From a virus (lineage: Duplodnaviria; Caudoviricetes), in the IMG/VR virus record IMGVR_UViG_3300006854_000010, positions 1 through 51,308 of that record: DNA of 51,308 nt; one strand, written 5' to 3'. This document shows positions 1 to 9,482 of this stretch, piece after piece. The notes beneath the pieces were generated by a model, which saw only the letters and a list, made by a program, of their open reading frames with translations, searched no databases and was not told the DNA's origin. Each line of letters opens with the position of its first letter. Positions within the stretch are counted from its first letter, which is position 1. The position numbers and the translations under genes were made by a program.

Positions 1-80
1 TGCATCTTGGCGCGGTGCTGCACGCCGCTCGCCCACTGCAGCCAGGCCAGCCCGTCATGGTCCTTGAGACCCTCGACGTA
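1..80 (+). repeat. Terminal direct repeat (circular assembly overlap), copy 1
   Basis: Bases 1-80 are identical to 51229-51308. Confidence 0.97.
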
Positions 81-332
81 CATCTCCGAATAGGGCGTGG
101 CGTAGGGCCGCAGCATTTGCCCCATCTGGTCGCAGAAGTCCCGAGCCGCAAGCACCGGGAACGACGTGGCCAACCGGTCCCCGAAGTTGTCGTCGAGTGG
201 CTTTTCACCCAGGAAGTCGGCCGACGCTGGGGCAAAGTGCTCCATCACGGCTTGCCACATGCCCAGCAGCCCAGACCGCTCCGAGAAGAGCGTGTCGGCG
301 AAGCTCACCAGGTCTTTGATGCCTTGGCGCAT
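1..332 (-). CDS. Portal (head-tail connector) protein, N-terminal part; continues at 51228 on the circle
   Basis: Manual translation from ATG at 332 gives MRQGIKDLVSFADTLFSERSGLLGMWQAVMEHFAP...YVEGLKDHDGLAWLQWASGVQHRAK, in frame with the 49956 ORF; joined length 534 aa. Confidence 0.85.
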   Translation of the reverse strand, partial: MRQGIKDLVSFADTLFSERSGLLGMWQAVMEHFAPASADFLGEKPLDDNFGDRLATSFPVLAARDFCDQMGQMLRPYATPYSEMYVEGLKDHDGLAWLQWASGVQHRAKM

Positions 333-333
333 A

Positions 334-585
334 TCAGCCCAGGGTGTCGGATGTGCTCAGCACCGTTGACTGGCGCCCGCTGCGCGTTGATAGCTGCATT
401 TGGGCACGGCGGCGCGCAGCCCGGGCGGCCTCATCGTTCGGGCTCGGCATCACCACCGGCTCAGCAGCCGGCGCCGCGGCCGCAGCTTTGTCCAGCGTGG
501 GCCCCTTGATGATCAGGCCGAGCGGGTCACCTAGCAAGGACTGAACCGGCCCACCCTTCGGCAATAGTTTCTTGGCCACGCCCAT
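334..585 (-). CDS. Small hypothetical virion-associated protein
   Basis: ATG overlaps the terL stop; the C-terminal RSGRQSTVLS...LG is typical of small genes just before podovirus portals. Confidence 0.6.
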   Translation of the reverse strand: MGVAKKLLPKGGPVQSLLGDPLGLIIKGPTLDKAAAAAPAAEPVVMPSPNDEAARAARRRAQMQLSTRSGRQSTVLSTSDTLG

Positions 586-2174
586 CACGATCTCCTTATC
601 CGCGCGCTCAGCGGCTGGTGCTTCATAGACGAAGACTGATGCTTCGGCCTTCGCCATTCATTGTAGCTATCGATCATTTTAGCGCCGGAGTGCCAGGCCA
701 TCACCACGGCGTCGCCCCTGTCAGGCGAGCGGCCAAGCCTCTTCACAACATCCTCTTTTGACTCTAGCTCGATACCTCTGCCGGTGACCTTGTAGTGAGG
801 CGCCGTCAGGTCGGCCAAGAGCCTGTTGTCGTTCGGAAGTGATATCGGCGACCCGCCGCGTTGATCTGGGTCTAGCGCTTCTCGCAGGCGCCAGTATGCT
901 TCTGTGCGCACATTGGTGAACTCAAGTTGATTATCCTTAGTGCGCGCCATACTCTTCTTCACACCTAGGTACGCAAGCGAATCAACTTGGTTTCGGCATA
1001 GGTGACCATGGGCATCACCGCCCCAGCCACCGCCCACATCAATAACCACCTTTGCATTGTCATGGCGGTACTTCATAACCAGCGCGGCCACATCCGTGCC
1101 CCCCGGAGTTTCCTTACCTGTGACGCTGACAATTGGCGCAAACCATCCATCGTGCCGCCGCGCCAACACCGTATTGTCAGCCCCGCCCTGCGCCACGTCC
1201 GCCCCAATCGCACACAGAGGCACTCCTACCGGCGGGGCCGGGCGCCAGCGCTCCATAGCCGCACGGATCCAGGCTGTGGGTATGGCCTGCCATTCGTCGT
1301 CAGTACGGTCAATCAGGAAGCTGCCGCTGATGAGCTTGTTGCGCGCGCTATCTGGCAGACCAGACAGCGCCTTTGCGTACTGCTCGGGATCGTAATACGG
1401 GTTGTCAGTGAACCTTGATGCTATGAAAGTTCGCGATTGCGGCATCACCTTTACACCGTGCAGCATGATGAATTCGTCTGACGCGCACTCGCGGTAGCCT
1501 GCGCCACCATCAACTGGCAGGAAGTACCGAAGCTCCCCATCCTGCGCCGGGTCTTTGTGGTGGGGATCGAGCCACGGAGCGAAATACTCGATTAGCCAAT
1601 CCCCGGTACTGTCGAGCGGCGGGTTACTTCCCAGCACCATCCGGCACCGCTGGCCTGGCTTCTGGGTGCGCATCCAGCCCATGAGCATCCGCACCTGGTC
1701 CTCAGGCACCTGTGCCGCCTCGTCCACGCAGATCAGGTCGTGAGGGTTGCCCTGCTTGCCGCCCAGGTCATCGCCCAAGCCCATGAAGTCGATCACGCCG
1801 CCTTCCGGCTTGTTGTACACCGGGCGGTTTCCGCCCGTGTAACACCTCTGCTTGCCGACGATGTTGTCGAGCGTATGCAGCACGCCGGCCAGGTCAACGA
1901 ACTCGCGCCGAACGATCAGCGACCTGTGGTGCTCATTCAGCGCCAAACCGCACTCAAGCGCCGTCTTCCCGCCACCCGGGCTGCCGCCGAACAACAGCAC
2001 GTCGGCCAGGCTGAAGTAAGCCCGCTTCTGCGGGCCAATGGTTGCTGTGAACAGCTTGTTGCCTGTCGCGCTACGCGACAGCTTGTCAAACTCCCGAAGC
2101 TCTGCCTCTGGGAGGCCTGCCAGGATAATCGGCAGATCTTTTGCGACCGACGCGAGTATCTCTGACAGGTCCAA
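585..2174 (-). CDS. terL: Terminase large subunit
   Basis: Walker A GGSPGGGKT, Walker B LICVDEAA, coupling motif SNP, RNase H-like nuclease motifs IGADVA and SPDRGDA. Confidence 0.93.
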   Translation of the reverse strand: MDLSEILASVAKDLPIILAGLPEAELREFDKLSRSATGNKLFTATIGPQKRAYFSLADVLLFGGSPGGGKTALECGLALNEHHRSLIVRREFVDLAGVLHTLDNIVGKQRCYTGGNRPVYNKPEGGVIDFMGLGDDLGGKQGNPHDLICVDEAAQVPEDQVRMLMGWMRTQKPGQRCRMVLGSNPPLDSTGDWLIEYFAPWLDPHHKDPAQDGELRYFLPVDGGAGYRECASDEFIMLHGVKVMPQSRTFIASRFTDNPYYDPEQYAKALSGLPDSARNKLISGSFLIDRTDDEWQAIPTAWIRAAMERWRPAPPVGVPLCAIGADVAQGGADNTVLARRHDGWFAPIVSVTGKETPGGTDVAALVMKYRHDNAKVVIDVGGGWGGDAHGHLCRNQVDSLAYLGVKKSMARTKDNQLEFTNVRTEAYWRLREALDPDQRGGSPISLPNDNRLLADLTAPHYKVTGRGIELESKEDVVKRLGRSPDRGDAVVMAWHSGAKMIDSYNEWRRPKHQSSSMKHQPLSARIRRS

Positions 2175-2191
2175 TATCGATCCCGCCTGAG

Positions 2192-2743
2192 TTACTTGGT
2201 GAAGGCAACCTGCAGCAGATCGGCGATCACCTCGACGTTGAGCACACTCGTGCCCGTCGTGATTTCACCCACGAGCAAGTGCATCACCACCGCCGCCGCG
2301 GCCACCGGGGTGATATCGCCAGCGGTGGAACCAGTTGTCGCCGGCGCCATGGCGTACCGCGTCTGCACCGTCGCCTGATCCAGGAAGCCGGTCGTTTCGA
2401 TGACGCTCGACACCTGGACACCCGAGCCGTTGGTGTACTTGAGCACCAGGTCCTCACCGGCCGCGATGCCAGCGTATGCGGTGCCGGCTGGCTTGTGCAC
2501 CGCCACCCGCTGTACAACCCACGCGAACCCGGCCGGGGCCGCCGCGATCACCGTGATGGGCGTCGCGTTCAGCGCCAGCACCTGGGCACTGGTGATCTGC
2601 TTGAAGAAGCGCCCGCTGATCATCCGGTTCATCTGGAATCCGGACATGTTCTTCTGGCGCAGGATCAGGTTGCCGTCGTCGTTGATCCCGAACAGATCGG
2701 GTTTGACGGTCTTGGTGAGGCTGAACATCTTTACGTCTGACAT
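2192..2743 (-). CDS. Hypothetical beta-rich protein, possible virion decoration protein
   Basis: 183 aa, Ala/Thr/Gly/Val-rich, GC3-biased codons, GGAG RBS. Confidence 0.55.
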   Translation of the reverse strand: MSDVKMFSLTKTVKPDLFGINDDGNLILRQKNMSGFQMNRMISGRFFKQITSAQVLALNATPITVIAAAPAGFAWVVQRVAVHKPAGTAYAGIAAGEDLVLKYTNGSGVQVSSVIETTGFLDQATVQTRYAMAPATTGSTAGDITPVAAAAVVMHLLVGEITTGTSVLNVEVIADLLQVAFTK

Positions 2744-2859
2744 GATTCACTCCCCCGGCTCGCCGGGACGCTGACCGAATTTCCATCGGCGGGATCTGCG
2801 CGATAGTACGCGCCTATCAGTGTACAGCGTTCGATCGGCACGACACTACGCGCGCGCCG

Positions 2860-3060
2860 TCAAAACCCGTCTTGGTTAAACTGTGGAACTATTTTTGTGC
2901 CAATGCCCGGCGGGCCTGAGACTTTTGCTTCTGCCTGTGAAGCATCAGGCTCAACCACCCACGGCAAAGCCTCACGCTTTTCGGCCTTCGATGCGGCAGA
3001 GTGCTCGGCAGGCGTCAGCCATCTGACGCGCAACCCGGGCGCAACCGTCATCCGCACCAT
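2860..3060 (-). CDS. Hypothetical protein
   Basis: ATG immediately after the upstream stop; 66 aa. Confidence 0.35.
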   Translation of the reverse strand: MVRMTVAPGLRVRWLTPAEHSAASKAEKREALPWVVEPDASQAEAKVSGPPGIGTKIVPQFNQDGF

Positions 3061-3062
3061 AG

Positions 3063-3497
3063 TCAGTCCCCCACAGAGATGACACTGACGGCCTGCGATG
3101 CGGCCGGCGTGAGCGCACTGGCCAGCACATCCAGGCCCAGCACGGTCAAGGTCGCGCGCCGTTCGGCGATCACAGTGAATGCCGTCGTGCTCAGGGCCGT
3201 GAGACGCAGCACCACGGCCGGGTCTGCAGTCGGCGCGCGCTCCAGGCTCATCGCCGGAGGCGCCGAGTAGGCCGCTGAGAATGTGCCGCTGAACAGCCCG
3301 GATCCGTTGGTGCTGCCAGTGAACACTTCCGGCCGCTTGCCAGGCGCAAGGAACCTCCATGCAGTGCCGTCTGAGATCATCGGCCCGGCGCCACCCGGGC
3401 GGTCCGTGACCCAGATCAACTTGCCCTTGTAGCTCGCGGCGCTCGGCGATGTGGCTACGGTGTACTCGCCAGGCAGAGACAGCGGCTGCGGGATCAT
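3063..3497 (-). CDS. Hypothetical structural-like protein (fibre/decoration-like)
   Basis: Overlapping start/stop with neighbour; SDGTAWR and FSAAYSAPP resemble tail-fibre modules. Confidence 0.55.
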   Translation of the reverse strand: MIPQPLSLPGEYTVATSPSAASYKGKLIWVTDRPGGAGPMISDGTAWRFLAPGKRPEVFTGSTNGSGLFSGTFSAAYSAPPAMSLERAPTADPAVVLRLTALSTTAFTVIAERRATLTVLGLDVLASALTPAASQAVSVISVGD

Positions 3498-3883
3498 GTC
3501 AGCGCCACGCCGATCAGGTACACATCGGCCGTTGCCGCGGCGCCTTGCCCAGTCGTCAGCGCCAGAATCGGCGTCTCGGTGCGCTTGTTGGTGTTGGCAA
3601 GCGTCAGGGCCAGCACACCGGCCGCAGTCGTGAGCGCCGAATATACCTGCGCGGCCGCCACGATGGCCGTCCCGCCCTTGCTCGCCGCCGAGTACGCGCC
3701 CCCGGCCGCAGTTGTCAGCGACAGACTCGCGTTCGTCACGATGATGCGGTCGATCGTGTAGTCGCTGAAGTTGAACAGCTTGACCAACGATTGATCCGTG
3801 GTCACGTTCATGTTCGCGCCGATCAGGCGGAACAAAACCCGTGAATCGCCGCTGAGGCTGCCGCGCCAGAATCCGACAGCCAT
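3494..3883 (-). CDS. Hypothetical structural-like protein
   Basis: 129 aa, Ala/Thr-rich beta-type composition, tightly coupled operon. Confidence 0.6.
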   Translation of the reverse strand: MAVGFWRGSLSGDSRVLFRLIGANMNVTTDQSLVKLFNFSDYTIDRIIVTNASLSLTTAAGGAYSAASKGGTAIVAAAQVYSALTTAAGVLALTLANTNKRTETPILALTTGQGAAATADVYLIGVALT

Positions 3884-3884
3884 G

Positions 3885-4259
3885 TCACTGCGCCTCGAAT
3901 GTGCCGGTGATCGTGCTGGCAGTGCCAGCGGCGCGGATCTTGATCGACTCCAGGCCCTTCACGTCGATCTTGAGCCAACGCACCGTGGTGCCGTCGCCAG
4001 CGGCCGTGGTCAGGTCGCCACTCGCGCCGACGATCGCGCCATTGGCCGGAGGCGCCGTGTAGTCAGCCGCAGCGCTGGCGAGCGTGAAGAACGTGCCGGC
4101 GGCGCCGACCCTGGCCTGCACCACGAACTGCGACAACGCTGCCACGCCCACCACGAACGCCACCCACAGCACCTCTTGCTGGCGCACGTAGATCGTCACC
4201 ACGTCAGCAAGCCCGGTTACCGTCGCCGATACCGGGCCACTCCGAGGGTCAAAAGCCAT
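3885..4259 (-). CDS. Hypothetical structural-like protein
   Basis: MAFDPRSG start behind an AAGGAG RBS; beta-sandwich-like composition. Confidence 0.6.
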   Translation of the reverse strand: MAFDPRSGPVSATVTGLADVVTIYVRQQEVLWVAFVVGVAALSQFVVQARVGAAGTFFTLASAAADYTAPPANGAIVGASGDLTTAAGDGTTVRWLKIDVKGLESIKIRAAGTASTITGTFEAQ

Positions 4260-4263
4260 CTCA

Positions 4264-4944
4264 TCACTCCTTTTTCGCGGCGAGGTGCGCCTGCAGCCTC
4301 GCAAGTATAGAGGCGGCCACCTCCGGACGATCCAGGAGCGAGCCCAGGCGTCGCGCTACGTCGTCCGGCCTGGGCGCTTCGGTTACCTCGACAGCCACCT
4401 TGGGCGGCTCCACCACGATGCCGTATGCCTCGCGCTCCAGGATAGCAAGCGCCTTGAATGACTCCGTCCACGCCTTCATGGTCTTGGTCATCTCAGGCAG
4501 GGCGATGACTGCGCGATAGATGTCGTTTTGCTTGTCCTGCCCGTTTTCGTTCGGGGCGCGCATGATCTCGCCCAGGTGCTCAAGCTCCGGGATGTTGGCG
4601 ATCTGCGCCTCAAGCAGATCCAGCAGAGCCATATTCACCGCACGAGCCCTGCGGATGTCACTGCGCTGGCTGATCTGGACCGTCGCGGACGCGATGGCCA
4701 CAGCCTCTACGATGGCAACCTCGTTAACCTTGGAAACCGAACTGTTAACCAATGCCTTGTTAACCAGATCGTCTGCCTTGGCCTGGATCTTCGCCTTGAG
4801 GTCGCGAACCCACCCCATGGCCTTTGCCTTCTTGCTGATCATGACGTGGCTGACGCCATGGGCTTCGGCTATCTCACGAAGCGACAGCATGCCGGCACGA
4901 TAGTCGGCTTCTACGGCCTCCCAGTCGATCTGCTTGCGGCTCAT
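4264..4944 (-). CDS. terS: Terminase small subunit-like HTH protein
   Basis: N-terminal DWEAVEADYRAGMLSLREIAEAHGVSH...KKAKAMGWVR HTH and LEREAYGI motif; upstream of terL. Confidence 0.75.
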   Translation of the reverse strand: MSRKQIDWEAVEADYRAGMLSLREIAEAHGVSHVMISKKAKAMGWVRDLKAKIQAKADDLVNKALVNSSVSKVNEVAIVEAVAIASATVQISQRSDIRRARAVNMALLDLLEAQIANIPELEHLGEIMRAPNENGQDKQNDIYRAVIALPEMTKTMKAWTESFKALAILEREAYGIVVEPPKVAVEVTEAPRPDDVARRLGSLLDRPEVAASILARLQAHLAAKKE

Positions 4945-5228
4945 ACGAAGGCCGCCTCCACGGCTTCGGTGCGCGCGATCTCTGCCAACCCAGCCGGCGT
5001 GATCACGAAGTCGCCGCGGCACCCGCAGGCGCAGCCGTCCACCCACTTGCGGCGGATTAGGCTACCCATCTCTGCCGGCACGAGCTTGTCAGGGCAGCCT
5101 AGCGGGAAAGCCTGGACGACGGTAGGCATCGCCAAGGCAACATCCGACGCGCCGTAGGTGTGCCACTGGCCGGGCCGCTCCGCAAGCAGCCTCAGAATCG
5201 GCATGCGGTCTATGTCCTTGCACTGCAT
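4941..5228 (-). CDS. Hypothetical protein (winged-helix-like, GCACGCRGDF motif)
   Basis: MQCKDI start; LIRRKWVDGCACGCRGDFVITPAG; stop overlaps terS start. Confidence 0.6.
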   Translation of the reverse strand: MQCKDIDRMPILRLLAERPGQWHTYGASDVALAMPTVVQAFPLGCPDKLVPAEMGSLIRRKWVDGCACGCRGDFVITPAGLAEIARTEAVEAAFV

Positions 5229-5552
5229 GGTCAGCCCTCTATCCCGTAGAGCATGCGCCGGGCGGACTCCGCGGCGTTGCCTTCTATCCGCCAGTCGTGA
5301 CATAGCTTTAAGCGGTCCGCCATGGGCACAGAGCAATCGCGACATGCACGCCTCCAGCGCCAGTACGCCAACCTATTGCGGCGCAGTAGCATGGCCACGA
5401 TCTGGCGAGCGAGCTGGTTTTGCTTTGCGGCCATGGCTACGAAACCAGCAATCGAGCCAGCCACAGCGACACCAAGCCGCCAGCCAATACGGACGCAACC
5501 GCCGCCAAGCCGACGATTTGACCCATCCAGTCACCTGCGGCAGAAGTCATGG

Positions 5553-5876
5553 TCAGATCAATTCCCCATGCAGCATCGGACGCAAAAGCTCAGGCGGGAT
5601 GCGGCATGCCTCATAAATCATGGTTCGCATGTCGGTCTGGAAGGCGGCGAAGTCGAAAACTGGCTGGCGTCTCTGCACAAAGAGAACCTCGCCGCTTTGC
5701 AGCACTGGCCACGGAAAAAGCACCGACCAGTCAGCCTCTGAAGCCGCCACGCCGCACCCGGCATGCAACATGCGCGGCTCATCGACCGGCGCCTCGTTGC
5801 CCAGCTGCAGCTTCGTGCGCTCCGTGACCAGAGCGAGGCGGCGTTGCGCGATCATGCGCTGCGCCGCGGTTTTCAT
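5553..5876 (-). CDS. Hypothetical protein
   Basis: ORF coupled to upstream gene; GGAGG RBS. Confidence 0.5.
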   Translation of the reverse strand: MKTAAQRMIAQRRLALVTERTKLQLGNEAPVDEPRMLHAGCGVAASEADWSVLFPWPVLQSGEVLFVQRRQPVFDFAAFQTDMRTMIYEACRIPPELLRPMLHGELI

Positions 5877-6169
5877 GCGTCATCCTCCATGCCAAGCGCT
5901 CGGCGAATCCTCCCGATCATCTCATCTATGCGGGCGATGGTTCGCGTCCGCTCCTTGTGATGCTCCAGAGCGCCGAGGGCCTCACGCAACAGCGCTATCG
6001 CCTGGTCGCGCGTGGCCTGCCAGTTTGATGCGCCATGGCCCCAAGATATCCATGCGCCTTGAGTGCGCTCACTTGCATAGCGCTCATCATTGAGCCTGGA
6101 GCGTGTCACATCGTAGTCTCGGACGCGGGCCCACGCCTCAAACTCGCGCCGCACGTCATCATGGGTCAC
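5873..6169 (-). CDS. Hypothetical protein
   Basis: GTG overlaps the H-NS stop; REFEAWA...Y...TQGAW phage-type motif. Confidence 0.55.
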   Translation of the reverse strand: MTHDDVRREFEAWARVRDYDVTRSRLNDERYASERTQGAWISWGHGASNWQATRDQAIALLREALGALEHHKERTRTIARIDEMIGRIRRALGMEDDA

Positions 6170-6543
6170 GCCGTCACCCTGAAGTCCTCGAGCTTGCATC
6201 CGGCCGCGATGGCGGCGCTCAGCCACTTGGGCTGCAAGCCCCGCCCAGACCATGCGGCCGGCTTGCCTTCCTCATCCACGCCGCAGTACTTGGCTGGGAT
6301 CTTCTTGCCGCTCAGCGGGTTCGGCTTGGTGCTGGCGCTTGCCGGCCTGGCGGCGCGGGCGCTCTTGCTGCGCGGGGTGCCTAGGTCCGAGAGGCGCACA
6401 TCGTTGCGCGCCATCAGTTCCTTGATCAGGGCGATTGCGCCCTGCTTTTCCTCGGCGCGCGCTGCGTCGAGTTTGGCGGCCAGCTCGGCGGCCTGTGCGT
6501 CGAGCGTGGCCTTTTGAGACAGCAGTTCTTGGTAGCTTGCCAT
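6166..6543 (-). CDS. hns: H-NS family nucleoid-associated protein
   Basis: MASYQELLSQKATLD oligomerisation N-terminus, LSDLG linker, C-terminal PAKY...WSGRGLQPKWL DNA-binding signature. Confidence 0.88.
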   Translation of the reverse strand: MASYQELLSQKATLDAQAAELAAKLDAARAEEKQGAIALIKELMARNDVRLSDLGTPRSKSARAARPASASTKPNPLSGKKIPAKYCGVDEEGKPAAWSGRGLQPKWLSAAIAAGCKLEDFRVTA

Positions 6544-7081
6544 GTGTTTGTGTGTGAGATTGGTTGCGCAGCGGGATTGCTGCGTGCAGATACTACACGA
6601 CAATGCGCCGAATGGCATCACCGACTAGCTCAGCCTGCTTGTCGGTAAAGCAAACTTTGGCTCCTGCCTGGGCGCAGCGCCCGCGCACAAGCACCGCCGG
6701 CCTCGATGCCCAGCGCTCATAATCACTTCGCTCGCGCTCATCAAGCATCTGCCACGGCCACGACTCATCAAGTGCCGGGTCGGCCTCGCAAAGCTCCTGA
6801 CCCGGGCTCTTCTGCGCCACAGCTTTGCTGTCCACCATCACGCGATTGCCTCCAGCGCGGCCCCGACTTTATGCGGCGCATCCTGAGCGCCCACAACAAC
6901 GGCAAACCGCTGCACGCCACCCGCACGCATGCGCTCAGCGATTGCGCGCTCAATCTGAGCGATCAGTACGCGGAAAGCGTCGTCCGGCTGGCCGCCGCAC
7001 ATCACATCGATTCTGACTTTCTGCACTTCGCACATGATTGCGCTCCTTTCTTCGTGGGCGCGATAGTATCACAGTGCGGTA

Positions 7082-7291
7082 TCAGAATTCGTGTATGCCG
7101 TAGCAGCCCATGTGCGGCTCAAAGCGGTACTTCTTGGAGCCGTCAGCATTCACAAGGCGCCATCCGCCGCCGTCCTTGCCGACGATCCGCAGCGCCATGA
7201 ACCCAACCTTGACCGTTTCTCCGACTGCCCACACTTGCTGTGCAGGCTTGCGTGTTTTGTAGGGCCTGCCGTAATTGTTGGTGCCGATCAT
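7082..7291 (-). CDS. Small hypothetical protein
   Basis: GGAG RBS; downstream of a promoter-like element; QVWAVGETVKVGFMAL...FEPHMG. Confidence 0.55.
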   Translation of the reverse strand: MIGTNNYGRPYKTRKPAQQVWAVGETVKVGFMALRIVGKDGGGWRLVNADGSKKYRFEPHMGCYGIHEF

Positions 7292-7579
7292 TTTGCTGCT
7301 CCGGTTGCGTTGTCGATGCCCGATTATGCTTCGCGCAAGCCGCTGATGCATTGATATTCGCTATCGATGCGCACTAAGCGAGCGGTGTGCAGACACGTAG
7401 GGCACGATTCTCCGTGCATCGGTCTGCACACCTCTTTCCTCGCGGCTATCAGCAGATTTATCAGCGGTTGCCATCCGCCGAGAAAGTTGCCGTGCTCACG
7501 CGTCGCGCCCGCGGCGTTACAGCGCCTGGGTGATGGTCGAGCGGCGCCCATCTGCCATGGGCATGTGATCAGTTGCCAA

Positions 7580-7999
7580 CTACCATTCCGCGGCGAGGTG
7601 CATTGCGCCGCCCTTGGGCCCAGGAATCCACACGAGCCGCGTCTGCCCCACCAGCACCGATGCTGTGGCCAGCGGCAGCAGCGGCGCCCTGCGGTAGCCC
7701 GTGATCGCGCCGGCCTGCAGGTCGAGCGGGATGCCCAGCGGCTGAACGCGCCAGGTCTGAGACAGGTGCGCCGACGCGCCGCCCTCGCTGTTGCGCAGGA
7801 TGCCGGCCGTGAGCCCCGAGTCGCTCCGGGCATAAAGGCCCGGCGTCCAGGATCGGAATCCACCGGACGCGTGCGCCGTGACCAGATTCACGCCCATGGT
7901 TTGCGCCTGGGCGGCCGGGCTCCAGAACGCCGCAGCCACCGCGGCGGCGCAGATGGCGGCAGCGATTGCCAGATCACGCAGGGTTCGGGTCACGATCAC
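7580..7999 (-). CDS. Secreted outer-membrane beta-barrel-like protein (PagP-like small barrel)
   Basis: Signal peptide ending AQA, alternating beta-strands, TPGL...RNS...GAITGY motifs, C-terminal Trp; AGGAGG RBS. Confidence 0.55.
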   Translation of the reverse strand: MIVTRTLRDLAIAAAICAAAVAAAFWSPAAQAQTMGVNLVTAHASGGFRSWTPGLYARSDSGLTAGILRNSEGGASAHLSQTWRVQPLGIPLDLQAGAITGYRRAPLLPLATASVLVGQTRLVWIPGPKGGAMHLAAEW

Positions 8000-8113
8000 C
8001 TCCTTCCTGGCTTCCAGCCAAGCAAACTCTTGCTCATGCCAGCGCCCCCAACCAAAACGCCCAGGCCGTCAGCATAGCCGATGCGGCGCAGGCAATCAGT
8101 GCGATGGAGCGGG

Positions 8114-8422
8114 TCATGATGCCAACTCCGCGGCAGCACGCACGACGGCTCGCCGAACTGCCGCATTGCGGTCTGGGCCCGAGAACTGCTGCACCAGCAC
8201 CCTTGACCCAACCTTGGCAAAAACGTCTGTGCCACACAGAAACACTTCCATGCCGAGTTTGACGGCCAGCCGCAGCGCGTCGCCGTCGTCTTTGGGCGGA
8301 TTCCATGTCTTCGTGTCGATACCATCCGGTGTCAGCACCATCATGCCGCGATCTTCGCAATCCCACTGCGCATCCATGCCAGCCGACTCTGCAGCGCGCT
8401 CAAGTAGCTCTCTGTCGGTCAT
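8114..8422 (-). CDS. Conserved phage hypothetical protein
   Basis: DRELLERAAESAG...WNP...DGDALRLAVKL...RRAVVRAAAE pattern. Confidence 0.7.
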   Translation of the reverse strand: MTDRELLERAAESAGMDAQWDCEDRGMMVLTPDGIDTKTWNPPKDDGDALRLAVKLGMEVFLCGTDVFAKVGSRVLVQQFSGPDRNAAVRRAVVRAAAELAS

Positions 8423-8667
8423 GCGTCCTCCTGCGGATACTGAGGGTTGCCGATCACCTCAGCGACGAGAATCAGGAGTGCGCGCCGCTCTGCGTCTTTC
8501 AGACCCCCAAGCAGCCCAATGTTGGTTGGGCATGGATTGTCCAGGCAGCCCACCACAGCATGCCACTCGTCGGAATCGAACTGCACCCACGAACTGAGCT
8601 GATCCGGCATTGCTGGCGTCTTTTCCATCTCCGCTGCTGCGCGTAGAATGGCTGCGGTGGTGCTCAT
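8419..8667 (-). CDS. Hypothetical protein
   Basis: Overlapping start/stop on both sides; AGGAG RBS. Confidence 0.5.
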   Translation of the reverse strand: MSTTAAILRAAAEMEKTPAMPDQLSSWVQFDSDEWHAVVGCLDNPCPTNIGLLGGLKDAERRALLILVAEVIGNPQYPQEDA

Positions 8668-9482
8668 TTGGATGCTCCTGTGGCTCGCGCGACAGCCTCC
8701 TCAGCCGCCTGGAGCGTGGCCTGCGCGCCTTCCAGCGCCTTGCGTGCAGACTCCAGGCCACGCGCCCGGGCTGCCGCATCTTCCGCCTCAACCTTGGCGC
8801 GGGCCTCAGCGCTCACGGTGCCGCCGTACTTCATCACGCAGCGGGCCAGCGAAACCACCTCGTTTTTGCGGTCATAGCTTTTCTCTGCCGCCGCGAGGTA
8901 TTCCTCCGCACGGGCAACAGCGTGCTGCATCGACGTGGCAAGCAAGCACCGCTTCTGGCTCCCTGAGCCGTCGCTGTAGCCGGCGATTGCCACCCAATAT
9001 TTCTGCGCCTTCGGATCGACACGCAGATTCAGCAGGCGCAGGCTTGTATCTCCGCGGTCGTTGCCACTTACCAGTGCGGCATCCACGGTATCGATGCTCA
9101 GCCCATAGTAATTCAGCGTCACGATGTGCGTCACCTCGCCTTTCAGCCACAGATCAAGGTCGCGCAGATCCGGCTGAGCCGCGATGCGCTTGCGCAGATC
9201 CTCTTGCGCACGCTCGGCGGCCGTCTTTGCTGCCCGGCAGTCATCGAGTTGCGCCCGCCACTCACGCAGCCGCGCCTCCAGCTTTGCGCAGTCTTCGTGC
9301 AGCCGCGCGGTAGGGGGCACCGCGAACACCTCGCGCCACGTCTCCGGGTCGCCCAGCCTTTCCTCCCCGTGCTCATCGTCGTAGATCGGCTCAACGATGT
9401 GCCCGCCAGCCGCAGCAACAACGTAGCTACCGGCCTGGCCGTGGATGTTGTAGACCTCTTGGCCTCGGGTGTGCGCGCTCAT
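8664..9482 (-). CDS. Hypothetical coiled-coil protein
   Basis: Start MSAHTRGQ behind GGAG; YSDGSGS motif; 272 aa. Confidence 0.65.
   Translation of the reverse strand: MSAHTRGQEVYNIHGQAGSYVVAAAGGHIVEPIYDDEHGEERLGDPETWREVFAVPPTARLHEDCAKLEARLREWRAQLDDCRAAKTAAERAQEDLRKRIAAQPDLRDLDLWLKGEVTHIVTLNYYGLSIDTVDAALVSGNDRGDTSLRLLNLRVDPKAQKYWVAIAGYSDGSGSQKRCLLATSMQHAVARAEEYLAAAEKSYDRKNEVVSLARCVMKYGGTVSAEARAKVEAEDAAARARGLESARKALEGAQATLQAAEEAVARATGASK

Noticed and set aside
1-80. Terminal repeat as a biological T7-type DTR
   Set aside because: It falls in the middle of the portal gene, which fits an assembly overlap of a circular or permuted genome.
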